IMG/VR virus record: IMGVR_UViG_3300020048_000002 | Source of the DNA: a virus | Taxonomy: Duplodnaviria > Caudoviricetes | DNA length: 64,000 nucleotides | Strand: one strand, 5' to 3' | In this document: in pieces, positions 9,831-21,187 of the stretch | Position numbering within the stretch: the stretch's first letter is position 1 | Layout: the number at the start of each line of letters is the position of its first letter | Translations under genes and position numbers: made by a program | Notes under the pieces: generated by a model | Databases searched by the model: none | Told to the model about the DNA's origin: nothing | What the model saw: only the letters and a program-made list of their open reading frames with translations

Positions 9831-10111
9831 GCACACCGGAAAGGCTACCTACCGCGATCTTCGTACCCAACGAGGAGGACTTCATCATTTACCGGGGTAC
9901 CCCGGACGAGATGGTCTCCTCGATGGCTCAAGCCATGGGCGCTGACTCCATCGAGGAAGCCATCCAGGGCCTCATTTTCAACCTAGCCTTGCACTGGAAG
10001 GTCTTCATCCGGTTGCCCGAAGACCCGTCCCTCGGAGAGAAGGACCTGGCGGCCTTCTTCGTTCACGCCCTGCTCGACACGAAGATTGCCCGCCCCATGG
10101 CTCAGGCTTGA
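9827..10111 (+). CDS. hypothetical protein
   Basis: ATGA overlap with the upstream gene; starts MSTPERLP. Confidence 0.65.
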   Translation: MSTPERLPTAIFVPNEEDFIIYRGTPDEMVSSMAQAMGADSIEEAIQGLIFNLALHWKVFIRLPEDPSLGEKDLAAFFVHALLDTKIARPMAQA

Positions 10112-10235
10112 CCGTAGAGGGCCTCTCAAGCCTTCCGAGGGCCTGGCTGCCTTCTGGTCGGAACGCCCCGCCTGTAGGCGGGCTACAGGCGAAAACGCAG
10201 GTCGCTCGGGATCCGGGTCGGTGTATAGGGACCGC

Positions 10236-10811
10236 ATGACAATCCTCGGGCTTCTTCCTGACCATGAGATCCTACGTCTGCGAACGACCCTCATCGAGCC
10301 GTTCGACGAGAAGTGTGTTCAGCCCGCAAGCTACGACTTGACCCTACACCCGGAGGCTCTTGCACCTCCGGCCACACGGTTCTCACGGACCATCGATCTC
10401 CGTACGGACCATCCCCTGGATGCGATGCGTCCCGTCACTATCGGGGACGGGTTCGACTTGCTACCGGGGGCTTGTCTCATCGCCTCGACGGAAGAATACA
10501 TCTACTGCCCTTCCGACATCGTGGCGCGTGTCGAGGGCAAATCGAGCCTTGGTCGACTCTTCCTGGCGGTACACGTTACGGCAGGATGGGTGGACGCAGG
10601 TTGGCGTGGACAAATCACCTTGGAGGTGGTCAATCACGGCCCTTGGTCGGTTCGGTTGTGGGCCGGGATGAAGATCGCGCAAGTGAACTTCACCCGCATG
10701 GCGAGCCCCTGTGCGGTTCCCTACGGTTCCCCGCAACTTGGCAGCCACTATCAAGCCCAAGAGGGACCAACCGCCGCCGTAGGGAAACGGTCGTTTGAGT
10801 CAAAGCGTTAG
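10236..10811 (+). CDS. dcd: dCTP deaminase
   Basis: VQPASYDLTL, EGKSSLGRL, TAGWVDAGWRGQITLE, KIAQ and SHYQAQEG. Confidence 0.93.
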   Translation: MTILGLLPDHEILRLRTTLIEPFDEKCVQPASYDLTLHPEALAPPATRFSRTIDLRTDHPLDAMRPVTIGDGFDLLPGACLIASTEEYIYCPSDIVARVEGKSSLGRLFLAVHVTAGWVDAGWRGQITLEVVNHGPWSVRLWAGMKIAQVNFTRMASPCAVPYGSPQLGSHYQAQEGPTAAVGKRSFESKR

Positions 10812-10945
10812 CCGTTCAACCACTGAACGACCAAGACCATGGCGCAAGTGTAAAGGCCCCCAAAGAACAAGCCGACATGAAAACCCTCTTTCCAAGCGGG
10901 CATGTCGGCTTCGTCGTTTCGGCTCTTGTGTAGGTTGTTGTCCAC
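10808..10945 (-). CDS. 45-aa single-TM small protein
   Basis: Manual translation MDNNLHKSRNDEADMPAWKEGFHVGLFFGGLYTCAMVLVVQWLNG, directly downstream of a conserved promoter copy. Confidence 0.5.
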   Translation of the reverse strand: MDNNLHKSRNDEADMPAWKEGFHVGLFFGGLYTCAMVLVVQWLNG

Positions 10946-10950
10946 CCCTG

Positions 10951-10980
10951 TAGTACGACTCAGGTGGCTCCAAAATCAAC
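10951..10980 (-). promoter_or_regulatory. conserved promoter GTTGATTTKG-N10-AGTCGTACTA, copy 1
   Basis: Same 30-nt pattern found at four loci. Confidence 0.7.
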
Positions 10981-11329
10981 CGAGATACGCGACGACCTCC
11001 ACACGATTTTCGTCGAGCTTCGTGAACTGGAAGCCCATCGCCGTGTTGGAGACTTCCACAGGGGAGAACGGGTCTTGCGGATTCGACTGGCTGACGTCCA
11101 GGTGCAGGTGCGCCGACTGGTCCCGAACCTTCCAGGAGTCGAGCATGTCGGTGAACTCGAATCCGTGCTTCTCCAGGACGTTTCCTGCCGCCGAGTGCGC
11201 GTGACCCACGGATCGGAATCGACCGTTGCCGTCAAGCCCCGCCTTCCGGAGGTCGGCGTTGATTTCTCGGATCGTGCCCTGGTCCATCTTGACGGAGGCG
11301 GCAGCGGTGCGTCGGTCGTAGCTGTACAT
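10976..11329 (-). CDS. hypothetical protein with N-terminal YSYDRR tag
   Basis: Starts MYSYDRRTAAAS; preceded by a CCTTTTAT motif. Confidence 0.7.
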   Translation of the reverse strand: MYSYDRRTAAASVKMDQGTIREINADLRKAGLDGNGRFRSVGHAHSAAGNVLEKHGFEFTDMLDSWKVRDQSAHLHLDVSQSNPQDPFSPVEVSNTAMGFQFTKLDENRVEVVAYLG

Positions 11330-11377
11330 CGTACCCACCCTTCTTTGATAAAAGGTTCACCTTCCGACTACAGCCGG

Positions 11378-11686
11378 TCAGCCCTTCTGTCCGGCGAAGC
11401 CGGAGATTTGCTCCCAGCCGGAGCCGCCGTGCGTCGGGCTAGATCCCTTGCCGTACCAACGGTCATGGGAGTTCGATCGGAACCCGCGTACCTCTCGGAC
11501 AGGCTTGCGCTCCCCGATCTTGATCCCGTAGCCCTTCACGAGAGCTACGATGGTCGATAGGTGAATCCCTACGGCTTCGGCAATCGCCTCGACCTCCTGG
11601 AAACTCACTTCGGCCCGATCTTCGTCCGAGACGTCCTCGACGAACGCCTCGACCGCTCGTTCGGCTTTTTGAAGTAGCTCGCTCAT
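11378..11686 (-). CDS. hypothetical protein
   Basis: 102-aa ORF directly downstream of promoter copy 2. Confidence 0.7.
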   Translation of the reverse strand: MSELLQKAERAVEAFVEDVSDEDRAEVSFQEVEAIAEAVGIHLSTIVALVKGYGIKIGERKPVREVRGFRSNSHDRWYGKGSSPTHGGSGWEQISGFAGQKG

Positions 11687-11691
11687 GCCCC

Positions 11692-11721
11692 TAGTACGAC
11701 TCAGGGGTACTCAAAATCAAC
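11692..11721 (-). promoter_or_regulatory. conserved promoter, copy 2
   Basis: GTTGATTTTGAGTACCCCTGAGTCGTACTA. Confidence 0.7.
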
Positions 11722-12232
11722 GCTCGTCGTCCAAGAGGCGAGAAAAATCTGTGCGTCGCTCAAACCGTCGGAACTCGTCGAGGAAGAACCTGCCGTCCAC
11801 CCAAAAAGAAACGTGGTTGAGCCCGTCACGTAAAATGTGAACTTTCCCCTGCTTGGGGTCGATGTCGAGGATCATGTAAAGTTGGCCTGACTTTGCCTCC
11901 CACTCCTCTCCCGCCCGACAAGGCAAGGGGACGACCTTGAACGGAGGTGGGTCATGGGCTCGAAAGTAGTAGCGAAAATCTTCGGCCAACATGATACGTG
12001 AGGGTTCATCTTCCGCCTGATACCGCACGGGACTCTTTGGGTCGAACGAGTCTCCCTGAACGTCCAGCACGGCGACAAGCTGCCCCGTGGCACGCTCTAC
12101 CCATCTCGCTCCCTTGAGGATGGGTCGAAACACTTGGGTCGACTCGGAAAACGTGAGCGGGCACGCACGGCAAGCCCAGGCGTTACCTTGCCTCTCGACA
12201 GAGCCCTCTTGTTCGCATCTAGGGCACCGCAT
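11717..12232 (-). CDS. hypothetical protein with N-terminal zinc ribbon
   Basis: CPRC...CRAC motifs. Confidence 0.65.
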   Translation of the reverse strand: MRCPRCEQEGSVERQGNAWACRACPLTFSESTQVFRPILKGARWVERATGQLVAVLDVQGDSFDPKSPVRYQAEDEPSRIMLAEDFRYYFRAHDPPPFKVVPLPCRAGEEWEAKSGQLYMILDIDPKQGKVHILRDGLNHVSFWVDGRFFLDEFRRFERRTDFSRLLDDER

Positions 12233-12263
12233 CGTGTTTTTCCTACTACGTGTCCTCTAGCGT

Positions 12264-12656
12264 ATGTCGAACGAGACGTACCTGTACTTGGAGCAGCTTG
12301 GGGTACTCCCCCAAGATTTGCAAACCTTAGCGCAAGTTCCTCGATCTGAAGCCGTCCGATTGCTCGAAGCATTGAAAGAAAGGGTACGTCGAAACTGGAA
12401 GCGTCTCGCTTTCCAACTCCACCCGGACCGCACGGGCAACGACCCTCAAAAGACGGCGCATTTCCAGCGGCTCACGGAAGTCCGAGAAAAGTTCGAGCAG
12501 GTCGAGCTGTTACCGGAGCCCGTCCCCACGGCGGTCTACTCCTACACGTCAGCTCAGGCCCCGTACAGTCCCGGTGTTGTGTTCCATCGAGTTCCCCGCC
12601 CTACACGACCCACAGGAGTCAACGTGGGTCGTGTAGCCTCGAACATGAAGCCGTGA
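12264..12656 (+). CDS. J-domain (DnaJ-like) protein
   Basis: VRRNWKRLAFQLHPDRTGND...HFQRLTE carries the HPD motif in J-domain context. Confidence 0.8.
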   Translation: MSNETYLYLEQLGVLPQDLQTLAQVPRSEAVRLLEALKERVRRNWKRLAFQLHPDRTGNDPQKTAHFQRLTEVREKFEQVELLPEPVPTAVYSYTSAQAPYSPGVVFHRVPRPTRPTGVNVGRVASNMKP

Positions 12657-12673
12657 CGGTGTAAACTCGTCGA

Positions 12674-13012
12674 GTGATCCGCACCGTCAAGGTACAAGCC
12701 ATTCTTCTCGACCCCCTCGGGTACTTTGACGTGATTCCCGAGCCCATCGTCGAGTTCATGCGCCTCTGGGCGTCTCGACTCGAACCCGAGATGGAGCCCA
12801 CGGACTTCATGACTTCCTACTACGTTCTCCTAGAGGACGTGCAGAAGGGGGACGTCAAAAGCTGGCTCACCCCCTGCGTAAAGCTCCACCCGTGGATTTT
12901 TGCGATCTTTCCCCACTTGCTCCCCGCTCTCCTCCCCCGAGAGGAAGCTCAGAGAGTTCATGCAATTTGGGTGGAGAGCTTGAAGGCTCTCCGGTGTAAC
13001 GAAGAAGGGTGA
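12674..13012 (+). CDS. hypothetical protein
   Basis: ORF with GGTGTA motif 10 nt upstream of a GTG start. Confidence 0.65.
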   Translation: MIRTVKVQAILLDPLGYFDVIPEPIVEFMRLWASRLEPEMEPTDFMTSYYVLLEDVQKGDVKSWLTPCVKLHPWIFAIFPHLLPALLPREEAQRVHAIWVESLKALRCNEEG

Positions 13013-13488
13013 ACATCTTCGCGCTTTCTGAAGACCCCGCCGAGGCCGCTCGATGGACCATCGACAAGCACGCAAACAAGATGGTCTTGGAGACGGCTCA
13101 GATTCTCTCTACCATCTCCTGGCAGTTCGGGGTCCCTGCTCCTTACAAGCCCACACATGCACGACACCCGTGTACCCTATGGGCCGCAGAGACTTACGCC
13201 AACTGGCGGTGGCTCCTCGAACACGGACTTGCTCTCTCCGCTGAGTATCGGCGAAGATACGAAAAGACGCACGCATCGGAGCGGGTCATCTCATGGGCGT
13301 CTGAGCATGGGGGGCACCCGGAACGCACCTTGACCACTCGGACACCCTTTGCTCAGGCCATGCCTGACGTGTATAAGCGGGAAGATCCCGTTCTAGCGTA
13401 TCGATCGTATTATCTGGGGGCCAAGCGGGACATGGCGAGCTGGAAGGCTCCCGCTGAACCGCCCCCTTGGTGGAACACCCAAACCTAG
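13009..13488 (+). CDS. pyrimidine-dimer DNA glycosylase / endonuclease V-like family protein
   Basis: MNIF...DKHANKMVLETAQILST...YKPTHARHPCTLW...FAQAMPD...AYRSYY matches this family. Confidence 0.75.
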   Translation: MNIFALSEDPAEAARWTIDKHANKMVLETAQILSTISWQFGVPAPYKPTHARHPCTLWAAETYANWRWLLEHGLALSAEYRRRYEKTHASERVISWASEHGGHPERTLTTRTPFAQAMPDVYKREDPVLAYRSYYLGAKRDMASWKAPAEPPPWWNTQT

Positions 13489-13497
13489 AGGTAGATC

Positions 13498-13602
13498 ATG
13501 CCGAAGTATCAAGTCGAAGTGACTGAGGTCAAAGAAGGTAGCGGTTGCGGCTGGCTCATCGTCATCCTCGTCATTCTCTTCTTCCTTCTTTCTAGCAAGT
13601 AA
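13498..13602 (+). CDS. 34-aa membrane peptide
   Basis: GAGGT RBS; MPKYQVEVTEVKEGSGCGWLIVILVILFFLLSSK; TAATG coupling to the next gene. Confidence 0.6.
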   Translation: MPKYQVEVTEVKEGSGCGWLIVILVILFFLLSSK

Positions 13603-13898
13603 TGGCCACGCTCGAACTCACGGACGACGAGGTTCAGGTTCTTGCCCGTTTACTCAAACGGGCGGGCAACCATGCGGTGAACCAAGGGCACAGTCCAGGC
13701 AACTTCAGCTTGCGTTCCGAGTTGCTTCTCACGGTAGGTCAAGCAACAGCGATGGCCCCAAGACTACGTGCCGAGATGGCAAAGACCGAGGGCCTCTCGT
13801 CGGATGGGGCGAACTCAACGAACGGCTACTTTGACGACTGGGCGCTGTTCCGTCATTTTGAGGTCAAGGTCACAAGACTCTTGCCGGGGGGCAAGTGA
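13602..13898 (+). CDS. hypothetical protein
   Basis: Translationally coupled ORF. Confidence 0.6.
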   Translation: MATLELTDDEVQVLARLLKRAGNHAVNQGHSPGNFSLRSELLLTVGQATAMAPRLRAEMAKTEGLSSDGANSTNGYFDDWALFRHFEVKVTRLLPGGK

Positions 13899-14167
13899 GC
13901 GATGGCGGTAAAGTCCGTGTGAAAAAGCCTTCAGCGGACACCATGAAGCTCACCAAGGATGAGGCGGATGCTCTTGTGCAGGGCATCAAGAACCACGTCG
14001 CCAAAACACCAGTTCAAGAGGAAGCTCGCAAAGAAGCCAAGAAGAAGGTCCTTTTGCAGCTACCCGAGGATGTCCACAAACAACTCAGGCATCGCTGCAT
14101 CGATGATGGTGTCACCCTCGGCACCCTCATCGAAAGGGCCATTGCGGCGTACCTGTCTAAGCCGTGA
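13895..14167 (+). CDS. ribbon-helix-helix DNA-binding protein
   Basis: KKVLLQLPEDVHKQLRHRCIDDGVTLGTLIERAIAAYL. Confidence 0.7.
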   Translation: MSDGGKVRVKKPSADTMKLTKDEADALVQGIKNHVAKTPVQEEARKEAKKKVLLQLPEDVHKQLRHRCIDDGVTLGTLIERAIAAYLSKP

Positions 14168-14775
14168 CCCTGTGGCTCCCCCTTTTACTGTGGCTGTTTC
14201 AACCCTGCCCCTTGGACATGGTTCAAGTGCGGGGTTTTTGCATTGACCGTTACGAGGCTCCAAACATCGAAGGGGCACTCCCCCTCGTCATGCAGAGCCT
14301 CGTCGATGCCGAAGCCTTCTGCGGAGCACGGGGCAAACGAGTTTGCCGAGAACGAGAATGGGAAGCTGCTTGCCGGAGCCACGACAACCGCTTGTGGAGC
14401 CGGGGGAACAAGCCCGAACGAAAGACCTGCAACAACGGTCACCAGTGGGTAGCTTACGACATCGATCGTTTTGCGAACCCTCGAACACAAGCCGATGAGG
14501 TTGCTCGGCTCTTCCGTGCAAGTCCTTCCGGTTCCTTCCATCGATGCCATACGCCCGAGGGCGTTTTTGACCTCGATGGCAACGTCGAGGAGTGGGTGCT
14601 CTCGGACAACCCCTCTTCTCCTTGGCGCGGGACACTCAAGGGTGGGTTCTGGGCCAAACCCTACACACAGTGCCTCGGATCCAACGACGTTCACGAGCCA
14701 ACGTTCCGGTTCTACGAGACAGGCTTCCGCTGCTGTGCGAGCCAGAACCCGTTGTTTCGTCCTCTAGCTCAATGA
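14164..14775 (+). CDS. secreted FGE-sulfatase (SUMF1/EgtB/PvdO, C-lectin-fold) domain protein
   Basis: Signal-like N-terminus, FCIDRYE, EWEAAC, GVFDLDGNVEEW and ETGFRCC. Confidence 0.82.
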   Translation: MTLWLPLLLWLFQPCPLDMVQVRGFCIDRYEAPNIEGALPLVMQSLVDAEAFCGARGKRVCREREWEAACRSHDNRLWSRGNKPERKTCNNGHQWVAYDIDRFANPRTQADEVARLFRASPSGSFHRCHTPEGVFDLDGNVEEWVLSDNPSSPWRGTLKGGFWAKPYTQCLGSNDVHEPTFRFYETGFRCCASQNPLFRPLAQ

Positions 14776-14781
14776 ACAACG

Positions 14782-14820
14782 AAGCCCCCTGTTGCGCAAA
14801 CCGTGCAACAGGGGGCTTTT
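14782..14820. terminator. intrinsic terminator between convergent genes
   Basis: AAGCCCCCTGTTGC...GCAACAGGGGGCTTTT hairpin. Confidence 0.8.
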
Positions 14821-14840
14821 CGACAACCAGAGTTTACGTG

Positions 14841-16879
<2,039 letters not shown>

Positions 16880-16984
16880 AGGGTAAACTTTAGGTAAAGT
16901 GCTAATGCCTTGGCCTAGTAAACGAGATGAGCTTTGAACATGGCATGGAACTAGATGAGCAACCTTGCGGTTGGAGGTTCTCCG

Positions 16985-18184
16985 ATGCCGTGGACAAAGA
17001 GTGATGTAGCCAAAGCGCAACGCATCCTAAAGCGCCATCATGTAGCCCATTTCCAAGAGGCCCTGCAAGAGATCAGCGTCGTCTTAGGCCGAGAGATCAC
17101 ATCTGCCGCACTTCGTGGCTTGTTTCAGCGGCGCAGGTTAGGCCCACCGTCGTCCTTCTGCAAGCAGTGGGAAGAAGAAAGCCAGCCCGCAAACCTGAAG
17201 CAGATGGACCCTCTCCAGGCTAAGCTGGTCGAGGTCACTCGAAAAGGCCCTATTCAGTTTTCCGCCCTGTGTGACAAGCTCAACCTGTCCCCCTCAAAGA
17301 CTCGTGAGCTAATCGGAAAAGCCAGGCAAGCGGGCGTAGCTCTGCATGTAGAGCACGATCACGTTGGGATTCGGCACGCCCACGAAGAGAAGGTTACGAC
17401 GGTCGGGATCGCGCCTGTCATCGGGGAGAGGCAGAAGGTAGCCGTCATCTCCGACACGCACCTGGGCTCGAAGTATTGTCTGAGAGAACAACTTCGAGAC
17501 TTCATCGAGTATGCGTACGCCCAAGGCGTGCGAGACATTCTGCACCCCGGAGACGTGCTCGACGGTATGTACCGTCACGGACTCTGGGAAGTGAGTCATT
17601 CCGGGCTTGAGGCGCAAACCCAAGACCTGTTCGAGACGTTGCCCAAGAAGCCAGGGCTCAAGTACCACTGCATCACGGGGAACCACGACTGGACCTTCGC
17701 CGAAGCAAGTGGGGTCGATGTGGGGTCCTACATGGTGACGTACTTCCGTGAAAGAGGGCGAAACGACCTTCACTTCTACGGGAATCGAGGGGCTTTCCTA
17801 CGGATCAAAGGGGCTCTGGTCCACCTTTGGCACCCCCGTAGCGGATCGAGCTACGCTAAGTCCTACGGGATCCAGAAGCACATCGAGAAGTACTCCTCCG
17901 CAGAAAAACCCAGCATCCTTCTTTGCGGGCACTGGCACGTCTACTGTCACGTCTACGAACGTGGGGTTCACGGAATCGCTTGTCCGACGTTTCAAGGCGG
18001 AGGATCTGCGTTCTCGAAAAGCCTGGGCGGTGCCCCTGCGATTGGAGGGCTCCTCCTTTCATGGGACCTCACGGAGCACGGGACTCTACGGAACTTCACC
18101 TTGGAGAAGCGGAGCTACTTCGAGAACGAGCGTCCTCAAACCGTAGAAGATCGCGAAGAAATCTTGGTGGGAGGCCGATCATGA
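16985..18184 (+). CDS. calcineurin-like metallophosphoesterase with N-terminal HTH-like region
   Basis: ISDTHLG, GDVLDG, GNHD and GHWH motifs. Confidence 0.85.
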   Translation: MPWTKSDVAKAQRILKRHHVAHFQEALQEISVVLGREITSAALRGLFQRRRLGPPSSFCKQWEEESQPANLKQMDPLQAKLVEVTRKGPIQFSALCDKLNLSPSKTRELIGKARQAGVALHVEHDHVGIRHAHEEKVTTVGIAPVIGERQKVAVISDTHLGSKYCLREQLRDFIEYAYAQGVRDILHPGDVLDGMYRHGLWEVSHSGLEAQTQDLFETLPKKPGLKYHCITGNHDWTFAEASGVDVGSYMVTYFRERGRNDLHFYGNRGAFLRIKGALVHLWHPRSGSSYAKSYGIQKHIEKYSSAEKPSILLCGHWHVYCHVYERGVHGIACPTFQGGGSAFSKSLGGAPAIGGLLLSWDLTEHGTLRNFTLEKRSYFENERPQTVEDREEILVGGRS

Positions 18185-18795
18185 TCGAGAACATCGAGAT
18201 CGATCCGAAGATCAAGGTCCGAGAGGTCAATGACCTCCTCGTCTGCCCTCAAGTCGTGAGGGTGAAGTCCTTCACGGAGGACGCTCTCCACCTGTTCGCA
18301 CACGAGATGAGCATGGCACATTACAGCGGCCAGCCCATCATCCCTATCGTCATCGACTCCTACGGAGGTGATGCTTACGCGCTGTTCTCCATGGTGGACA
18401 TCATCCGGACCGCGAAAAGGCCGGTTGCGACCATCGTGGAGGGCAAGGCCATGAGCTGTGGGGCCGTCCTCTTTACGTGCGGGGCCGAAGGGTACCGGTT
18501 CATGGGTCCCAACGCGACCTTGATGCTGCATGACGTTTCGACGGAGGACATGACCGGAAAGGCCGAGGACGTTAAGGTCGGCGCAAAAGAGACGGGCCGC
18601 CTAAATCGGCGTATGTGGAAGCTCATGGAGCAAAACGTCGGGCAGCCCAACGGCTATCTGTGGAAACAAGCTCAGGCCCGAGGTCGAACCGATTGGTACA
18701 TGGACCCGAAGGAAGCCCTCCGGCACAACATCGCCAACCACATTCGGGTTCCTTCGTTACGAACTGTCATTCGAGTCGACACGGTGCTCGAATGA
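18181..18795 (+). CDS. ClpP-like protease
   Basis: IDSYGGD, GKAMSCG, MLHD and DWYMDPKEAL supply the Ser-His-Asp triad. Confidence 0.87.
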   Translation: MIENIEIDPKIKVREVNDLLVCPQVVRVKSFTEDALHLFAHEMSMAHYSGQPIIPIVIDSYGGDAYALFSMVDIIRTAKRPVATIVEGKAMSCGAVLFTCGAEGYRFMGPNATLMLHDVSTEDMTGKAEDVKVGAKETGRLNRRMWKLMEQNVGQPNGYLWKQAQARGRTDWYMDPKEALRHNIANHIRVPSLRTVIRVDTVLE

Positions 18796-18905
18796 GAACG
18801 AATCCCCCCACGCACGACCCCGATGAGGACAGGGCTTTACTCGGGATGGTTTTGATCCTGATCGTAGCAACACACGTTGCGGCCAAGATCCTTTGGGGTC
18901 GGTAG
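18792..18905 (+). CDS. small membrane peptide
   Basis: MRTNPPTHDPDEDRALLGMVLILIVATHVAAKILWGR; ATGA overlap. Confidence 0.4.
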   Translation: MRTNPPTHDPDEDRALLGMVLILIVATHVAAKILWGR

Positions 18906-18976
18906 CTGGGGCGCTAGGATTCGAACCTAGATAGCAAGAGTCAGAATCTTGCGTCCTGCCGTTAGACGACGCCCCA
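18906..18976 (-). tRNA. tRNA-Gln(CTG)
   Basis: TGGGGCG...CAAGA-TT-CTG-AC-TCTTG...CTAGGTTCGAATCCTAG-CGCCCCAG cloverleaf; CCA is not encoded. Confidence 0.92.
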
Positions 18977-19011
18977 ATATGCCTCGGTTGTACTTGCCGA
19001 CAATCGAGGCG

Positions 19012-19698
19012 TCAACCTTCTTGTGGTAGGCTGTCGAGCAACGACTCCAGGGCTTTTCGTTCGTGGGCCTCTCGGAGGGTTGCTTGCAGCCTATCGGAAC
19101 GAGCTTCTCCCGGGTCGAGTAGATGCCCGGCTTCGTTCCCCCAAACATCCCAGCCGGGGGCGCACGTACGGGCAAACATCTCAAGCCGAGGCACGTCCCC
19201 AAACAACTCCTCGATTCGGTGACGGAAATCTTCGGGCTTCTGAGAGTGCGCTCCTCTAGGCGCAAACACGACTTGCCCCTGACTCTCCGTCTGAAGCGGA
19301 AGGGTTCGCCCCGTCTTGTGTGTGGAACCCACCAGCACAAACTCCGTCGTTGGCTTCACGAACGACGGACGCACACCCTGCCCATGGATGACCTGCCCAG
19401 CGTTGGTCGTTTTGACCCACACATAGGCAACCCCACGGTAGTGGAATCCCCAATCGCGGATAAGGTCCACCGCTTCGTCGAGCTTAGGCCCGGTAGCCCA
19501 CAGGAGGAGAGCGGCAGACTTGGCAGCGAGCGATCGTACCGGGAGCGCACGAAGCTCGCTGTAGTCCATCATGTTGTAGTGCTTACCGGCCGCCTGATCC
19601 TTGTCCGGATCCCCGTAGTAAGACCAACAGGGGTCGGAATAGATGACCGAATACCGGCCCTTGGGGGCCAAGGCAAGGTCTAGCGGAAGCACGCCCAT
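19012..19698 (-). CDS. MT-A70 family N6-adenine methyltransferase
   Basis: YSVIYSDPCWSY, LLLWAT, WGFHY...WVKT, HSQKPE, LEMFAR and WDVWGNE. Confidence 0.88.
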   Translation of the reverse strand: MGVLPLDLALAPKGRYSVIYSDPCWSYYGDPDKDQAAGKHYNMMDYSELRALPVRSLAAKSAALLLWATGPKLDEAVDLIRDWGFHYRGVAYVWVKTTNAGQVIHGQGVRPSFVKPTTEFVLVGSTHKTGRTLPLQTESQGQVVFAPRGAHSQKPEDFRHRIEELFGDVPRLEMFARTCAPGWDVWGNEAGHLLDPGEARSDRLQATLREAHERKALESLLDSLPQEG

Positions 19699-19716
19699 GC
19701 GAGGGCTTTTACACCA

Positions 19717-20346
19717 CTAGAGCACAACAAGGGGGCTCAACTGCACCTTGTTGACCGTGCCGGTCATGCTGGAAAGCGCCATGGGCACATCAAGGCCGAT
19801 CTGAAGCCCCTGGATGCGGAACGAGGTCCAGGCCGCCAAGGGGTCTGTCACTGACCATTCGGCAACCGGCACGAAAGCGTTGTTCACCTTGAGGGCCGCG
19901 TAACGAAGCCCTTGAACAAGCCGGGTCGAATCCCAGACCAGGCGCAGAACGAGAGGTTGCCCAGCAGGGATGGATGCCCCTGTCGGAGCCGACTCAGCAA
20001 CCGAGTTTCCTGCGGCATCTTGCACAACTACGAACGGACGATTGTTCGCATCGAGAGCAAGCGCCATGTACGGGGTGTAGACGTCCAACTGGGCACTCAA
20101 CGCAACAACGTTCTGCGTCATGCCTCCAGCACCCGTCGTCACATACGCCTCCAAGGTTCCCCGCAAACCTGCGTGGAGCACCTTGCGGCTACCCGTTCCC
20201 CGCTCCTGGATGTTGGCCCCAGCCAGGAGTTGCGTTACCCCTTGGTGGTTCTGGCCAACGCTGGGTCCTACACTCGGCTGAGGGGCCACAAAGTTGATGT
20301 CTCCAATGAGACCGGACGGGTAGATGATGGAAGCGGGCTCACTCAT
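19717..20346 (-). CDS. hypothetical beta-rich protein, possibly virion-associated
   Basis: 209-aa ORF with a good RBS. Confidence 0.6.
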   Translation of the reverse strand: MSEPASIIYPSGLIGDINFVAPQPSVGPSVGQNHQGVTQLLAGANIQERGTGSRKVLHAGLRGTLEAYVTTGAGGMTQNVVALSAQLDVYTPYMALALDANNRPFVVVQDAAGNSVAESAPTGASIPAGQPLVLRLVWDSTRLVQGLRYAALKVNNAFVPVAEWSVTDPLAAWTSFRIQGLQIGLDVPMALSSMTGTVNKVQLSPLVVL

Positions 20347-20390
20347 GCCTTTGTTCCTCGGATAATACTTTACCGATAATCAACAAAGGC

Positions 20391-20645
20391 ATGGCCTTTC
20401 AAATCGGCGACTGGGTAGCTCTTCGGCCAGGGGTCGAACTAACCAACACACCATCTACAAGTGTGTCTTACTCCGCCACGGGCTTCATTCTGGAGTTCGA
20501 TGGGGTGGACACGTACGACGTCGCTCTTGTGGCTAGTGAAACGGTTTCCGTCAGTGCTTCCGACCTTCGAGTCATCGGCTCGCTGACTCGTGCTCGAAGT
20601 GATGCGTTTGGCCTCACCCCAGAGCCTCCCTTGTTCCCCTCCTGA
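20391..20645 (+). CDS. small SH3-like hypothetical protein
   Basis: Starts MAFQIGDWVAL; divergent from 20346 with the same AACAAAGGCATG context. Confidence 0.6.
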   Translation: MAFQIGDWVALRPGVELTNTPSTSVSYSATGFILEFDGVDTYDVALVASETVSVSASDLRVIGSLTRARSDAFGLTPEPPLFPS

Positions 20646-20755
20646 AACTTTGTTGGACGGCTTCAGGCCGTTTAGGTGCGCCACATTCGGCGCACCCGTC
20701 CAACTAAAAACTGGATCCGGGCCGTGTTACCAGGGGCGTTGAGCTGCCTAATGCT

Positions 20756-21100
20756 CTACCCCTGAGCATCCCCCGCATCGTCTTGTGCGACGGGGCTATC
20801 TTGCACAAGGGCTGGGGGAAGTTGCATCGGCTCAGGGTTCGCGATGCAGTCGTCGATGTAAACCCGAAGAGGATGGGCCACGTCGAGGATGTGGGTCATA
20901 CCCTCAGCGGTCAGGCCCCCAGTGACGAAGAACCCGGCCAGATCCTTCGGTGGGACGAACGGTTTACGGTAAGGCGCGTTCAAGATCTCGTCCAAAGAAA
21001 CTGGGCTTGGCGCAGCTCCCGAGGCCCTAGCTGCTTGCTCGTCCCGGTAAAGCTCAGCCATTTTCAGAAGGTGCTTGCAGTATTCGCTAGAGGGCTTCAT
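20756..21100 (-). CDS. hypothetical protein
   Basis: GGAG RBS, 114 aa. Confidence 0.6.
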   Translation of the reverse strand: MKPSSEYCKHLLKMAELYRDEQAARASGAAPSPVSLDEILNAPYRKPFVPPKDLAGFFVTGGLTAEGMTHILDVAHPLRVYIDDCIANPEPMQLPPALVQDSPVAQDDAGDAQG

Positions 21101-21187
21101 ACTCGAAACTCCGACGTCGTGGTGTCTAGCCTAAGTCGCGGGAAAGGTGAATTCGCTAACTTTCCTTTCGGCTTTCTCTAGTGTACC

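Noticed and set aside
14164-14775. Diversity-generating retroelement target (C-lectin/FGE fold ending GFRCC)
   Set aside because: No reverse transcriptase or template repeat was seen in the window.
18906-18976. Suppressor tRNA or stop-codon recoding
   Set aside because: The anticodon is CTG (Gln), not CTA. Genes are long and intact in the standard code and end in TAG, TGA and TAA.
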